Source: an uncultured Candidatus Peribacteria bacterium
Lineage (GTDB): Bacteria > Patescibacteriota > Gracilibacteria > Peribacterales > Peribacteraceae
Reading direction: 5' to 3'
Length of the DNA: 38,786 nucleotides
NCBI GenBank assembly: GCA_964514855.1
Contig: CAZESZ010000001.1
Coordinates: forward strand, 1-38,786
Positions within the stretch are counted from its first letter, which is position 1; each line of letters begins with the position of its first letter. Under the pieces are notes generated by a model. The model saw only the letters and a list, made by a program, of their open reading frames with translations, did no database searches and was not told the DNA's origin. Below, piece by piece: positions 1 through 8,934 of this stretch. The position numbers were made by a program, and so were the translations under genes.

Positions 1-125
1 TGAGCTTCACTCGCGTGTCTGTACCACCATCTCTCCTGTTACATGTTTTGCGTACGAATGAATCTCGCCGTGGACAGCCTATGTCATCGTGCATATAAAA
101 AGATTCTATGCCTTACAATATTTAT

Positions 126-154
126 TTGTCAATACCTTCGTTGAGGTATAAACT
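126..154 (+). promoter_or_regulatory. Sigma70-like promoter TTGTCA-17-TAAACT for the ABC exporter
   Basis: The hexamers were read directly from the sequence. The -10 ends 8 nt before ATG 163. Confidence 0.5.
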
Positions 155-162
155 ATGTGCTC

Positions 163-1923
163 ATGCGCGGTTTCATCGCTCTCGCATCGGCTCTATGGCG
201 TTACGCAGGAAAACGCCGTCCGCTCGTCGTTGTCTACACGCTCATGTTCATCGCGGCCAACGTGATCTGGCTCTTCGAGCCGTACTTCATCGGTCAACTT
301 CTCAATGAGCTCCAGGCCGCGGCTGTCTCCGGTGCTTCATTTTCGTCGATTGCGATGTACCTCGGACTCATCGTGCTGCTCTCGTGCTGTTTCTGGATGC
401 TCCACGGACCGGCGAGATACCTTGAGCGGATCACCGCGTTTCACATCCGCGTTGCGTTTAAAGATCATCTCTTTAGTACTGTGACGAGCTTGCCGCTCCA
501 GTGGCAGAAGACCCATCACTCGGGCCAGACTATCAGTCGCATCTCGAAAGCGACGAAGTCTCTCTACGATTTCACTGAAAACGGCTTCCAGCTGATCGAA
601 ATGGCTGTCCGACCGCTTGGGGCTCTCGTCGCACTCACACTCATTGTGCCGATGGCGACCATCCTCACCGTCGGAGCCATGGTTCTCGCATGCGTCCTCG
701 TGTTCTTCTTCGATCGGATTCTCTTTCCGCTCTACGCTCAGATCAATGAGGAAGAGCACACAGTCGCCTCCGCTCTTCACGACTACATTTCCAACATTGC
801 GACGGTCATCACCTTGCGTTTGGAAAGATTGACCCAGTCGGAACTGTTGCGTCGCATGACACAGTACATGCCGGTCTACCGTCGCGAAGTTCGGCTCAAT
901 GAGATCAAGTGGTTTCTCGCGACCATGGCGATCTCCATCACGACCGCGCTCGTCATGGGTTGGTATGCCCTCACGACGCTCAGTGCCGGTGGCATCCTCT
1001 TCGCAGGAACCTTCTTCATGCTCTACGACTACCTGCAGAAGATCGGTGGAGCGTTCTACACCTTTGCATGGAAGTACGGGCAAATGGTGGAGCAGTACGC
1101 AGATCTCCGGACCGTGCAGCCGATCCTGGAAGCGGACAAGCCCGAATTTCACGATTGTGCATTGCCTAGCCTCTGGCAAACGATTGAGATCAAGAATCTC
1201 AACTTCACGTATAAGGACGAGGAGCGTCGCACGCACCATCTCAACGATGTCTCGCTGACGCTTCAGAAAGGCAGGAAGATCGCCTTCGTCGGCGAGAGCG
1301 GCAGTGGCAAGTCCACGCTCATGGTGCTCATCCGCGGTCTCCAGACCGTCGATTCCGGCACCGTGCTCTGTGACGGCACGCCACTCACGCATGGTCTGAA
1401 GGATGTCGGTTGCATGACGACGCTCATTCCCCAGGAGCCGGAAATTTTCGAGAACACGATCGAGTACAACATCACCCTCGGTACGGAACATACCGAACAG
1501 GAGATCATCGACGATGTGAAACTTGCGAGATTCGATAGCGTTCTCCAAAAACTGCCGAAAGGATTCCAGACCAACACTGCAGAGAAAGGCGTCAACCTCA
1601 GTGGCGGTGAGAAACAGCGACTCGCGCTCGCACGGGGATTCTTCGCTGCGAAAGAGAGTGGAATCATTTTGCTCGATGAGCCAACAAGTTCCGTAGATCC
1701 AGGCAACGAGCGTGCGATCTATGAAAATTTATTCACGAAGTTTGCTGATCGTTGCATCGTGTCATCGCTCCACAAACTGTACTTACTTCCGATGTTCGAC
1801 GAAGCATACGTGTTTCGGGAGGGAAAGGTGATCGCTCACGGTACGCCGCAGGAACTCTTGAACGAAGGGGGTATTCTCCATCCGCTCTGGAAACGCGAGC
1901 GGGAGATCTCGGTGCGTTCGTAA
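163..1923 (+). CDS. ABC exporter, fused permease + ATPase (MsbA/ABCB-like)
   Basis: Track ORF 157..1923 (GTG start). Multi-TM N-terminal half, then an NBD with Walker A GESGSGKST, signature LSGGEKQR and Walker B IILLDEPTS. Start moved to ATG 163 because a TTGTCA-17-TAAACT promoter ends 8 nt upstream. Confidence 0.9.
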   Translation: MRGFIALASALWRYAGKRRPLVVVYTLMFIAANVIWLFEPYFIGQLLNELQAAAVSGASFSSIAMYLGLIVLLSCCFWMLHGPARYLERITAFHIRVAFKDHLFSTVTSLPLQWQKTHHSGQTISRISKATKSLYDFTENGFQLIEMAVRPLGALVALTLIVPMATILTVGAMVLACVLVFFFDRILFPLYAQINEEEHTVASALHDYISNIATVITLRLERLTQSELLRRMTQYMPVYRREVRLNEIKWFLATMAISITTALVMGWYALTTLSAGGILFAGTFFMLYDYLQKIGGAFYTFAWKYGQMVEQYADLRTVQPILEADKPEFHDCALPSLWQTIEIKNLNFTYKDEERRTHHLNDVSLTLQKGRKIAFVGESGSGKSTLMVLIRGLQTVDSGTVLCDGTPLTHGLKDVGCMTTLIPQEPEIFENTIEYNITLGTEHTEQEIIDDVKLARFDSVLQKLPKGFQTNTAEKGVNLSGGEKQRLALARGFFAAKESGIILLDEPTSSVDPGNERAIYENLFTKFADRCIVSSLHKLYLLPMFDEAYVFREGKVIAHGTPQELLNEGGILHPLWKREREISVRS

Positions 1924-3234
1924 CTACCGTGCACCGATAATCTCTTCAGAAGCTCTCTCGGCACTTTCGAGTGCGCCGAGTACCGTCGCAGGATTATCCT
2001 TACTAGTGGCTTCCCCAAGCCAAAAAAGCGTTCCATCAATCGGTCGTTGGAGCGTTGTTCTCACATCTGGGTCCGCACCAACTGCCAGCGAGGAATATCC
2101 GGTCTTCATGTATTCTTTTCTGTGCCAGGCAGTGACCGTGCCATTCACAAAATTCCCACCCGGATGTGTGACCGCGTGCATTCGCATGATCTCTTCTGCT
2201 ACAACTCGTGCTGCGCGTCCTGCGCCAAGATCGGCAAGCCTATCGGCTTCTTCTCCTCCGATGAGTGCGGCCAAGAATGCAGCGTCTTTGTCGTGGTGCA
2301 CCGCAGAGGGCCAGCTCAGTTGTTGCTTTCCTCCGCGCAGAAACATCATGTCACTCCTCCAAAACTTTTCGCGAAATTTCATGATGACCTTCACGATTCT
2401 GCCCCGCAACAACTGGCTGATCGCATCAGATTTCCATGTCGGAAGCTCGGGATCGAATGCAGGAACACCATCCTGCAGCATGCCGATGGGCGAGGAAATG
2501 GCGCACTGTTTGGCAGTCAGCACAGAACCCTGCTCCGTCTTTACCATCACACGTCCGATTTTCCATCGAATCGACACGACGGCGGTATTCAGCCGGATAT
2601 CACTACCTTCCCTGAGGGCTCGTACCAACGTACCAAATCCTTCACGAATCCTGAAATTCTTCATAGAGTATGAATCAGGTTCTAACAACGTTCGCAGCGA
2701 CAGACGGCTGATGTCCTCTCCGTATTCGTTTGCGAGAACTCCTCGTAGCAGGTTTGTGTAATCTACCGTCGGTATTGTCGCGAGTGGATGGCGGTCGATG
2801 AAGGAAGCGATGTCCATATCCTTCCCCCCTGCGTCGAAGTGTTGCTCGATCTTTTCTTTCAATTCACGGATCATGCCGGAGCTTTTCGGCGGACGATCAT
2901 GACTGTCGTGAAAGCACTCGCTACCGATGATCGTCTGTCCATTACTCGCGATCTCATCGATGGGGGAATCGTGATTCTCGAGGATGCGGTGCCACTGGCT
3001 CTGATTTTCAGGGCTCTGGTGCACAAATTCCGCACCGAGTGGAATCTGCAGCGTCTTGTTTCCCCACCGGTATCCGCGTGATTGTATCCTGCCGCCGATG
3101 CGGTTACGTGCCTCGAGGACGATGGTACGAATCTCAGCTTCCTTCAGACGTTGCGCTAGTCTGAGTCCGGCGGCACCGGCACCGACGATGATGACATCGG
3201 TGGCGAATGCCGAGGTATTGTGACGTCGAGTCAT
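1924..3234 (-). CDS. FAD-dependent amine oxidase family protein
   Basis: Track ORF 1924..3252 (GTG start). Dinucleotide-binding motif VIIVGAGAAGLRLAQRL...VLEARNRIGGR is typical of flavin amine oxidases. ATG 3234 is preferred because an extended -10 TGtTAGCGT (3243-3251) lies 8 nt upstream. Confidence 0.8.
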   Translation of the reverse strand: MTRRHNTSAFATDVIIVGAGAAGLRLAQRLKEAEIRTIVLEARNRIGGRIQSRGYRWGNKTLQIPLGAEFVHQSPENQSQWHRILENHDSPIDEIASNGQTIIGSECFHDSHDRPPKSSGMIRELKEKIEQHFDAGGKDMDIASFIDRHPLATIPTVDYTNLLRGVLANEYGEDISRLSLRTLLEPDSYSMKNFRIREGFGTLVRALREGSDIRLNTAVVSIRWKIGRVMVKTEQGSVLTAKQCAISSPIGMLQDGVPAFDPELPTWKSDAISQLLRGRIVKVIMKFREKFWRSDMMFLRGGKQQLSWPSAVHHDKDAAFLAALIGGEEADRLADLGAGRAARVVAEEIMRMHAVTHPGGNFVNGTVTAWHRKEYMKTGYSSLAVGADPDVRTTLQRPIDGTLFWLGEATSKDNPATVLGALESAERASEEIIGAR

Positions 3235-3242
3235 GATTTCTG

Positions 3243-3251
3243 ACGCTAACA
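3243..3251 (-). promoter_or_regulatory. Extended -10 (TGtTAGCGT) for the amine oxidase gene
   Basis: Reverse complement of ACGCTAACA. Lies 8 nt upstream of ATG 3234. Confidence 0.4.
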
Positions 3252-3272
3252 CCGTTTTCGTTCGATGTCATC

Positions 3273-6158
3273 CTATTCGGCTCTGAACCGGAAGGTCGTC
3301 GATGCGGTCGCGGTATTGAAGTACTTGTCCGTCACGGTAACGGTGAGTGTGTGCGTTCCGTCTCTATCGATAGTCCTCGGGACGCGGATCGTGCGGCTAT
3401 TCCAGGGCGGTTCCGTGAATGGGAGCGACGCTTTGCCGTCGATGTTGAATCGTACTTCACTGAACGCAGAACCGCGGCTGAGCTCCAGCTCGGTTGTAAA
3501 CGCTGGGTACGAGACCGTATCACCGGGCCGAGGCGAAACGATGGTCACTTCCGGCTTCACATTGCGGCCGGGTGTGAGCGACGGATCACACTCCTTCGTC
3601 GGAGCGAGGGGGAGGGGAAGCTGAGAGCCAGAGTGTGTTTCGTTGGCGTTCCATGCTTCCATCTGTTTCGTTGCCCATTCTTGCACGCCCTTCTCCCAGA
3701 GCGGCCATCGGGCCGGGAGTTCGCTCTTCGGCAGGAAGAACGCACGTTCTTCCACGGCATCCTCGGGGCAACTCGGCGAGGACAGCAGCCCAGTGACTTT
3801 ATCGACACGGAGCAGTACGCAGGCGGGATCGTCTTCTGCCGGCACATTTTCGTCCAGGAAGACATCCGTGCTTCTGAGATTCACTGGCGTGCACGCCGAT
3901 GCGAGCTTGCCAGACAGCCTGGAGATGAGCGGATACGAGAGGCGCGAAGGAAGTACGAACGCGGTCTTTTTGTCCTCCAATTTCTTGTGGGCGTCGACCA
4001 TGAAGTCGTGCCAGATCGGCGCGGCTGTCGTCAGGCCATCTGCTTTTTCGAAGAGTGATTGGCTCGTGGCGTTTCCTACCCACACGCCGGTGATGATATT
4101 CGGCGTAAAGCCGATGGTCCACGTACTCTCGGGTCTGCGGAGGGTGCAGGTATTCTTCGTGTCGCGCTCCAGACACTTGTTGCTGGTGCCTGTTTTGGCT
4201 GCGGCATCGTAGCCCGGGACGGACAGAATGCTCTTCCAGTATTCGTTTGGCCGTGCCGAGACGTCACTGAGGATAGACGTCACTTGTCCAGCGTACCGTT
4301 CATCGATGACCTGTTGTTGCACTTCGTCTTTCGGTAAATATCGAACCGCACCGTCCTTGTCGGTGATTTTGAGGATATTTTTCATCGGTAAAAAATTTCC
4401 ACCATCGGCGATGGTCGCGTAACCCTGGACCATCTGCAACAGCGGAACTTCTGCAGCACCGATAGCCAGAGGCCAACCGTACTCAAAATCCGGCTGCGTT
4501 TTCCTCATCTCAGCCTTCTGCTGTGCCGCCGCGGGCACGCCCATTCGTTCGGCGAGCGTCAACAATGAATGTTCACCGCCGCCCAGGAAAAAGGCTTTGA
4601 TGGCCGGAATATTTCTGGACCCTCCGAGTGCATAGCGCATGGTCGAGACGCCCCAGAACGTTCCGTCGTAATTCGCGGGCTGATCCGCCCCGAATTTTGT
4701 GGGCACATCGTAGACCACCGATCCCGGGCCGTAACCAGCTTCGAACGCGGTGAGGTACGTGAACGGCTTGAAGCTTGAGCCCGGTTGTCTCGGCGCACGC
4801 GCCATATCGATCTTGCCCTGATGTTCGTCATCGTTGAAGTCGGCATTGCCCACGTAGGCCAAAATTTCGCGTGTCTGTGGCGCGAGGGAAACCAGTGCGA
4901 TGTTTGCGGCACCGAAACGTTTCCGCACGTCGTCCCGGTGCTTCTTCACGGATTTCTCGGCGGCCTGTTGCACGTTCCAGTCCAACGTCGTCGTGATCCG
5001 ATATCCTCCCTGTTCCAAAATAGCCTCGTCGATTCCGAGGATTTCCTGCACATCTTTCTGTATCTGGAGAACGAAGTGCGGGGCACGAATATTCTGTCGC
5101 TCCGGCGCAAACGTCATCTTCTGGAGTTCGGCGAGCGCTGTGGCCTGCTCCTCGGCCGTGATCTTCTGTTGATTCACGAGATTTCTGATGACCTGATCTG
5201 TCCGTCCTCCGATGTAGATCGTCGTCGTGCCGGAACCGATGGTCGCTCCGATGAGTCCGATGCGCACTGCGCTATCCGGGATCTGCGATGCTGACGTAAT
5301 CTTTCCCTTTTCTATATCGAGCTTCGTCTGATCTGACACTGTTGTGTGCACATGTGATCCATAGGGATTGAAGTACGAGGGACGCTGGGGGATGGATGCG
5401 AGTATCGCGGACTGAGCAAGCGACAAGTCTTTTGCGCTGATTCCGAAATAGTTCTTTGCAGCCTGCTCGATGCCGTAGGCATTGTGACCATACGGAATCC
5501 AGTTCAAATAGAGCTCCAGGAGCTCGTCTTTATTATATTTCTGTTCCAGTTCGCATGCGAGCATCAGCTCACGTACTTTACGAATAATGCTTCTTTCTCG
5601 CCCTACAAGTGCATTCTTAGCAAATTGCTGTGTCAGGGTTGATCCTCCGGAACGAACGAAGATACTGGGCGCGATCTGGCTTAGGGCCGCACGGACGAAA
5701 CCGATGACATCGAAGCACGTACTGCGCGAAAGGAAGCGCTCATCTTCGATGGCGATGGTCGCCTTTTTTATGTTCGGACTGATGTCTTTGCTGAGAACAT
5801 ACGTTCTATCTTGCTCGGAGAATAGGCGATACAGCTCGATGCCATGACGGTCCAGGATCACGGTGCTTTGCGATGGGAACATCGTCATCGGATCATCGAT
5901 ATTCGGCAGCGTGAACCAGAGAATCATGAGTGCCATGAATCCAAATCCTGCGATTCCTCCTACTATTTTCAGTCCGAGAATTCGCCAGTCTCGTCGGCTG
6001 CGCTCTCTACCGGCATATCCGACCATCATTCGCAGTATGCTGCGCAGTCGTCCAACCGTGCGTGCTTGATTTTTCGTTTGCTTCGCGCGGATCACGTTCG
6101 TCTGATCTCTGCGGGATGCTTCATCGATCATGCGCCGCTGAAATCCGTAGTCGCTCAT
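3273..6158 (-). CDS. Class A penicillin-binding protein (transglycosylase/transpeptidase) with C-terminal Ig-like extension
   Basis: 961 aa with an N-terminal TM anchor. GT51 motifs IAIEDERF and GGSTLTQQ. Transpeptidase motifs SSFKP (SxxK), GSRN (SxN) and KTGTS (KTG). Beta-rich C-terminal tail. Confidence 0.92.
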   Translation of the reverse strand: MSDYGFQRRMIDEASRRDQTNVIRAKQTKNQARTVGRLRSILRMMVGYAGRERSRRDWRILGLKIVGGIAGFGFMALMILWFTLPNIDDPMTMFPSQSTVILDRHGIELYRLFSEQDRTYVLSKDISPNIKKATIAIEDERFLSRSTCFDVIGFVRAALSQIAPSIFVRSGGSTLTQQFAKNALVGRERSIIRKVRELMLACELEQKYNKDELLELYLNWIPYGHNAYGIEQAAKNYFGISAKDLSLAQSAILASIPQRPSYFNPYGSHVHTTVSDQTKLDIEKGKITSASQIPDSAVRIGLIGATIGSGTTTIYIGGRTDQVIRNLVNQQKITAEEQATALAELQKMTFAPERQNIRAPHFVLQIQKDVQEILGIDEAILEQGGYRITTTLDWNVQQAAEKSVKKHRDDVRKRFGAANIALVSLAPQTREILAYVGNADFNDDEHQGKIDMARAPRQPGSSFKPFTYLTAFEAGYGPGSVVYDVPTKFGADQPANYDGTFWGVSTMRYALGGSRNIPAIKAFFLGGGEHSLLTLAERMGVPAAAQQKAEMRKTQPDFEYGWPLAIGAAEVPLLQMVQGYATIADGGNFLPMKNILKITDKDGAVRYLPKDEVQQQVIDERYAGQVTSILSDVSARPNEYWKSILSVPGYDAAAKTGTSNKCLERDTKNTCTLRRPESTWTIGFTPNIITGVWVGNATSQSLFEKADGLTTAAPIWHDFMVDAHKKLEDKKTAFVLPSRLSYPLISRLSGKLASACTPVNLRSTDVFLDENVPAEDDPACVLLRVDKVTGLLSSPSCPEDAVEERAFFLPKSELPARWPLWEKGVQEWATKQMEAWNANETHSGSQLPLPLAPTKECDPSLTPGRNVKPEVTIVSPRPGDTVSYPAFTTELELSRGSAFSEVRFNIDGKASLPFTEPPWNSRTIRVPRTIDRDGTHTLTVTVTDKYFNTATASTTFRFRAE

Positions 6159-6167
6159 GGGCCTGAC

Positions 6168-6196
6168 AGTGTAGAGCGGACTCGGTGGAGACTCAA
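6168..6196 (-). promoter_or_regulatory. Promoter TTGAGT-17-TACACT for the PBP gene
   Basis: Read on the minus strand. The -10 ends 9 nt before ATG 6158. Confidence 0.55.
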
Positions 6197-6218
6197 TGCA
6201 CCTCTCGGAGGAACGCTC

Positions 6219-6247
6219 TTCAATTCTTGCTGCAGTTATGGTAGAAT
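6219..6247 (+). promoter_or_regulatory. Promoter TTCAAT-17-(TGg)TAGAAT for the pilin-like gene
   Basis: Extended -10 TGGTAGAAT at 6239-6247, 6 nt before ATG 6254. Confidence 0.55.
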
Positions 6248-6253
6248 GGTCTG

Positions 6254-6583
6254 ATGAAGTCCTCTCGACGTTTCACCGTCGCTATCGCCCTCAATGCATC
6301 GTTCATGGAGTTTGCGCATGCAGCCCCTCTCGTGATCTCAACCGGGGTGACGAGTACAGTCCCAAGTATCTTCAATGGCATCGTGAATACGCTTCTTCTG
6401 TGGAGCGGACTCGTCGCCACGGCCCTCTTTCTCTATGGGTGTCTCCTCGTGGTGGGTTCCGGTGGCAATGACGCAACACTCAGTAGCGGCAAGAAGATCA
6501 TGCAATCATCGCTCATCGGACTTGCCATCATTCTCTCGTCCTGGCTGATCCTCGCCACCGCAGTCTCTTTCATCGCTCCGTGA
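6254..6583 (+). CDS. Small secreted two-helix membrane protein, T4SS (TrbC/VirB2-like) pilin candidate
   Basis: 109 aa. Signal peptide, then two hydrophobic helices flanking GSGGNDATLSSGKK. Resembles short T4SS-pilin-family proteins common in CPR and Gram-positive genomes (recognised from memory, no HMM run). Confidence 0.6.
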   Translation: MKSSRRFTVAIALNASFMEFAHAAPLVISTGVTSTVPSIFNGIVNTLLLWSGLVATALFLYGCLLVVGSGGNDATLSSGKKIMQSSLIGLAIILSSWLILATAVSFIAP

Positions 6584-6589
6584 TGTCGG

Positions 6590-6598
6590 TGGTATACT
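6590..6598 (+). promoter_or_regulatory. Extended -10 TGGTATACT for the TPR gene
   Basis: Lies 10 nt upstream of ATG 6609. The same 9-mer occurs upstream of the LAGLIDADG-like gene. Confidence 0.5.
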
Positions 6599-6608
6599 GG
6601 GTATCCCC

Positions 6609-7196
6609 ATGCCGACCCCCCACGACGATATCATCGAGCATCTTCTTGATCAGGCCGAGCAACTGAAGCTCGAGGCCAGGCACGAGGAAGCACTCGTGAT
6701 CTTGGAAAAGGTTCTGGCGAAAGATCCGGAGAATATCGATGCGCTCGAGGAGATCGCCGATAACGAACTCAGTGTGGAACGGTACGATCGTGCTGAGATC
6801 GCGGCTAAGCGCGTTCTCACACTGGATGACGAGAGTTTCGATGCGTACTACGTTCTCGGATTCATCGCATCGGTACGCGAACAGTGGGACGCATCCGTGG
6901 AGTCGCTGAAGATGGCAAATAAACTCGAGCCGAATAATCCCGAAATCCTGCGCTGTCTCGGCTGGTCGCTGTTTTCCGCAGGAAAAACTTTGGAGGGAGT
7001 GGTGACACTAGAACGTGCGCTCAATCTGGAAGACTGCAATCCGCTCATTCTCTGTGATCTCGGAGTCGTGTATCTGAAGATGAAAGAATTTTCGAAGGCA
7101 CGTGCGCTCTTGGAGCGTGCACTCGAGATCGATCCTGAGAACCTCCGCGTGAAGGAATGCCTGGACATGGCAACGCGGATTGAAAGAAAGAAATAG
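6609..7196 (+). CDS. TPR repeat protein
   Basis: 195 aa of tandem ~34-aa helical repeats (e.g. AYYVLGFIAS.., LRCLGWSLFSAGK.., LCDLGVVYLKMKEFSKA..). Confidence 0.75.
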   Translation: MPTPHDDIIEHLLDQAEQLKLEARHEEALVILEKVLAKDPENIDALEEIADNELSVERYDRAEIAAKRVLTLDDESFDAYYVLGFIASVREQWDASVESLKMANKLEPNNPEILRCLGWSLFSAGKTLEGVVTLERALNLEDCNPLILCDLGVVYLKMKEFSKARALLERALEIDPENLRVKECLDMATRIERKK

Positions 7197-7198
7197 TG

Positions 7199-7251
7199 AA
7201 AGGATTGAAAAGACTCAAAGGGTATTTTCTTGCATTTTCCCTCAATCCTTT
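7199..7251 (+). terminator. Stem-loop after the TPR gene
   Basis: Perfect 10-bp inverted repeat AAAGGATTGA / TCAATCCTTT around a ~33-nt loop. A T7 run follows at 7266-7272. Confidence 0.35.
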
Positions 7252-7287
7252 GCACCTTCTCTCTCTTTTTTTGATACACTGATATCC

Positions 7288-8265
7288 ATGCTGCGTGAAA
7301 CGCTCATGGCAACGGTGTTCCTCCGACGAGCGGCGAAGCGTGGTATCGTGAACGTGTTTCGAGAGGAAGGATTCGGCACGGCAGTGGGGTCCATCTTCGG
7401 CGTTGTCCTCTTGGCGCAGATCATCATGCTTCTGGCAGTTGGGATGCAGGGAGGATTGGTCCTTCTGCGGGAGCGAACGGACCTACGTTTACAGATTCGC
7501 GATACGGCGACAGATCCGCAGATTCAGGATCTGTACCAGAGTGTCCGCCAACTTCCGTACGTCGAAGATGCGGTGTATGTCACGCGTGAACAGGCCTACG
7601 AACGGCAGAAAAAACGCGATCCGACACTCATCGATTTTCTCGTGAAATTTGGCATCGATAATCCTTTCCCCGACACTCTGGGCGTCCGGCTACGCACGCT
7701 GGAGGATTATCCGGCGTTCCTGCAATTTCTCAAGCAGCCGGTGTACGCTGCGGTCATCGATCCTACGTTTCTCAGCACCACGACAGATCAGGAGGCGCAA
7801 GTACAGCAACTGACGAGCGTTGTGGCGAGCGCGCAGATCATTCTCATGTTCATCGTCGGCCTTGTCGTCGTCGTCCTCCTCTTCGTCGTCGTGGAGCTCA
7901 TTCGTCGTCGCGCGCTCTCGAAACGTCAGGAGCTCTTCATCGAGCAGCTCGTCGGCGCTAGTCGCGCCGAAATCCTCATGCCATTCATGGTCGAAATGGC
8001 ATGTATGCTTCTTGCAGCTCTTTTAGCATCACTCGTACTTTCCGGCGTTCTCGTCATCCTGCTTCCACACTTTTTACCAGCGCTCGGTGCGGACGGAACG
8101 TTCGGTCAGTGGAGTGTGGCTGCGGCATCAGTCTTACGCCGATGGGCGCCGTGGACGATTGTCATCGAATTGATGCTCGTCGGTCTACTTTCTGCGGTCG
8201 GAACGCTCATTGCGCTCCGGTCCCAAATGTCTCTCTCGCTGCTGCCCTCTCCTTCTTCCCGCTGA
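7288..8265 (+). CDS. ftsX: FtsX-like cell-division/ABC permease
   Basis: Start at ATG 7288 (M37 of track ORF 7180..8265). N-terminal TM, an extracytoplasmic domain, then three C-terminal TM helices. No ftsE is adjacent. Confidence 0.7.
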   Translation: MLRETLMATVFLRRAAKRGIVNVFREEGFGTAVGSIFGVVLLAQIIMLLAVGMQGGLVLLRERTDLRLQIRDTATDPQIQDLYQSVRQLPYVEDAVYVTREQAYERQKKRDPTLIDFLVKFGIDNPFPDTLGVRLRTLEDYPAFLQFLKQPVYAAVIDPTFLSTTTDQEAQVQQLTSVVASAQIILMFIVGLVVVVLLFVVVELIRRRALSKRQELFIEQLVGASRAEILMPFMVEMACMLLAALLASLVLSGVLVILLPHFLPALGADGTFGQWSVAAASVLRRWAPWTIVIELMLVGLLSAVGTLIALRSQMSLSLLPSPSSR

Positions 8266-8268
8266 CGC

Positions 8269-8934
8269 GTGCCACGCTCGTTTACCGATGAAGCCATCGT
8301 GCTCAGGAGTTACAACGTCGGCGAGGCGGATCGGTTTTGCGTGCTTCTGACGCGTGGCAGCGGACGCGTACTGGTGCGTGCGACCGGAGCTCGTAAGGTG
8401 CAGAGTCGGCGTGGGCGCGGACTGCTTGCGCTCCATCGCATCAGTGTGACGTGGCAGCAACATTCGTTCGGCAATGCCGTCACCGCGGCAGAATGCCTCG
8501 ACGCTCACAGCGCTGCGTGGCGAGACGCCGCACGATTTTCGTGCGCTGCGCAGGGGATCGAACTCTTGCTGACACTCACCGAGGACGGCTTCGATATGCC
8601 GGATGTGTACGACCTCACGGCCGAATTTCTGCGTGCGTGCGGCTCGACTGTTCCTACCGTTGCGCTTCGGCTGTATACCCTGAAACTTCTGAAGCTTCTC
8701 GGATATCTGCCATCTGCGGACTCCTCGCCCATACCTCTCTCATCGGCCTTCACCGAACTCCTCGACTCTTTGGATTCGATTTGCCTTACCGATGTCCTTC
8801 TCCCCACAGATGGGCTCTCCGTCGAAATTGGTCGTTTCCTTCAGGGTTTGCTCGGCAGCCAGCTCGGGGTTTCGCTCAAGTCTCCAGACGTTCGGCTGCG
8901 CATCTCCTCGGCCGTCACGCCGATCTGCCAGTAG
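8269..8934 (+). CDS. recO: DNA repair protein RecO
   Basis: GTG start 3 nt after the ftsX stop. N-terminal OB-fold signature EAIVLRSYNVGEADRFCVLLTRGSGRV..RATGARK. Confidence 0.75.
   Translation: MPRSFTDEAIVLRSYNVGEADRFCVLLTRGSGRVLVRATGARKVQSRRGRGLLALHRISVTWQQHSFGNAVTAAECLDAHSAAWRDAARFSCAAQGIELLLTLTEDGFDMPDVYDLTAEFLRACGSTVPTVALRLYTLKLLKLLGYLPSADSSPIPLSSAFTELLDSLDSICLTDVLLPTDGLSVEIGRFLQGLLGSQLGVSLKSPDVRLRISSAVTPICQ

Noticed and set aside
1-156. A gene or ncRNA in the first 156 nt (including track ORF 108..308).
   Set aside because: There is no tRNA-like or structured motif. ORF 108..308 overlaps the ABC exporter out of frame. The region is best explained as the promoter/upstream region of the exporter.
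337-1548. Long antisense ORFs opposite well-supported genes: 337..1548(-), 8451..9488(+), 13668..14747(+), 18028..18732(+) and 36325..37152(+).
   Set aside because: They have Arg/Ser/Gly-rich composition with no recognisable motifs. Each lies fully inside a gene with clear family signatures on the other strand. This is typical of shadow ORFs in GC-rich coding DNA.
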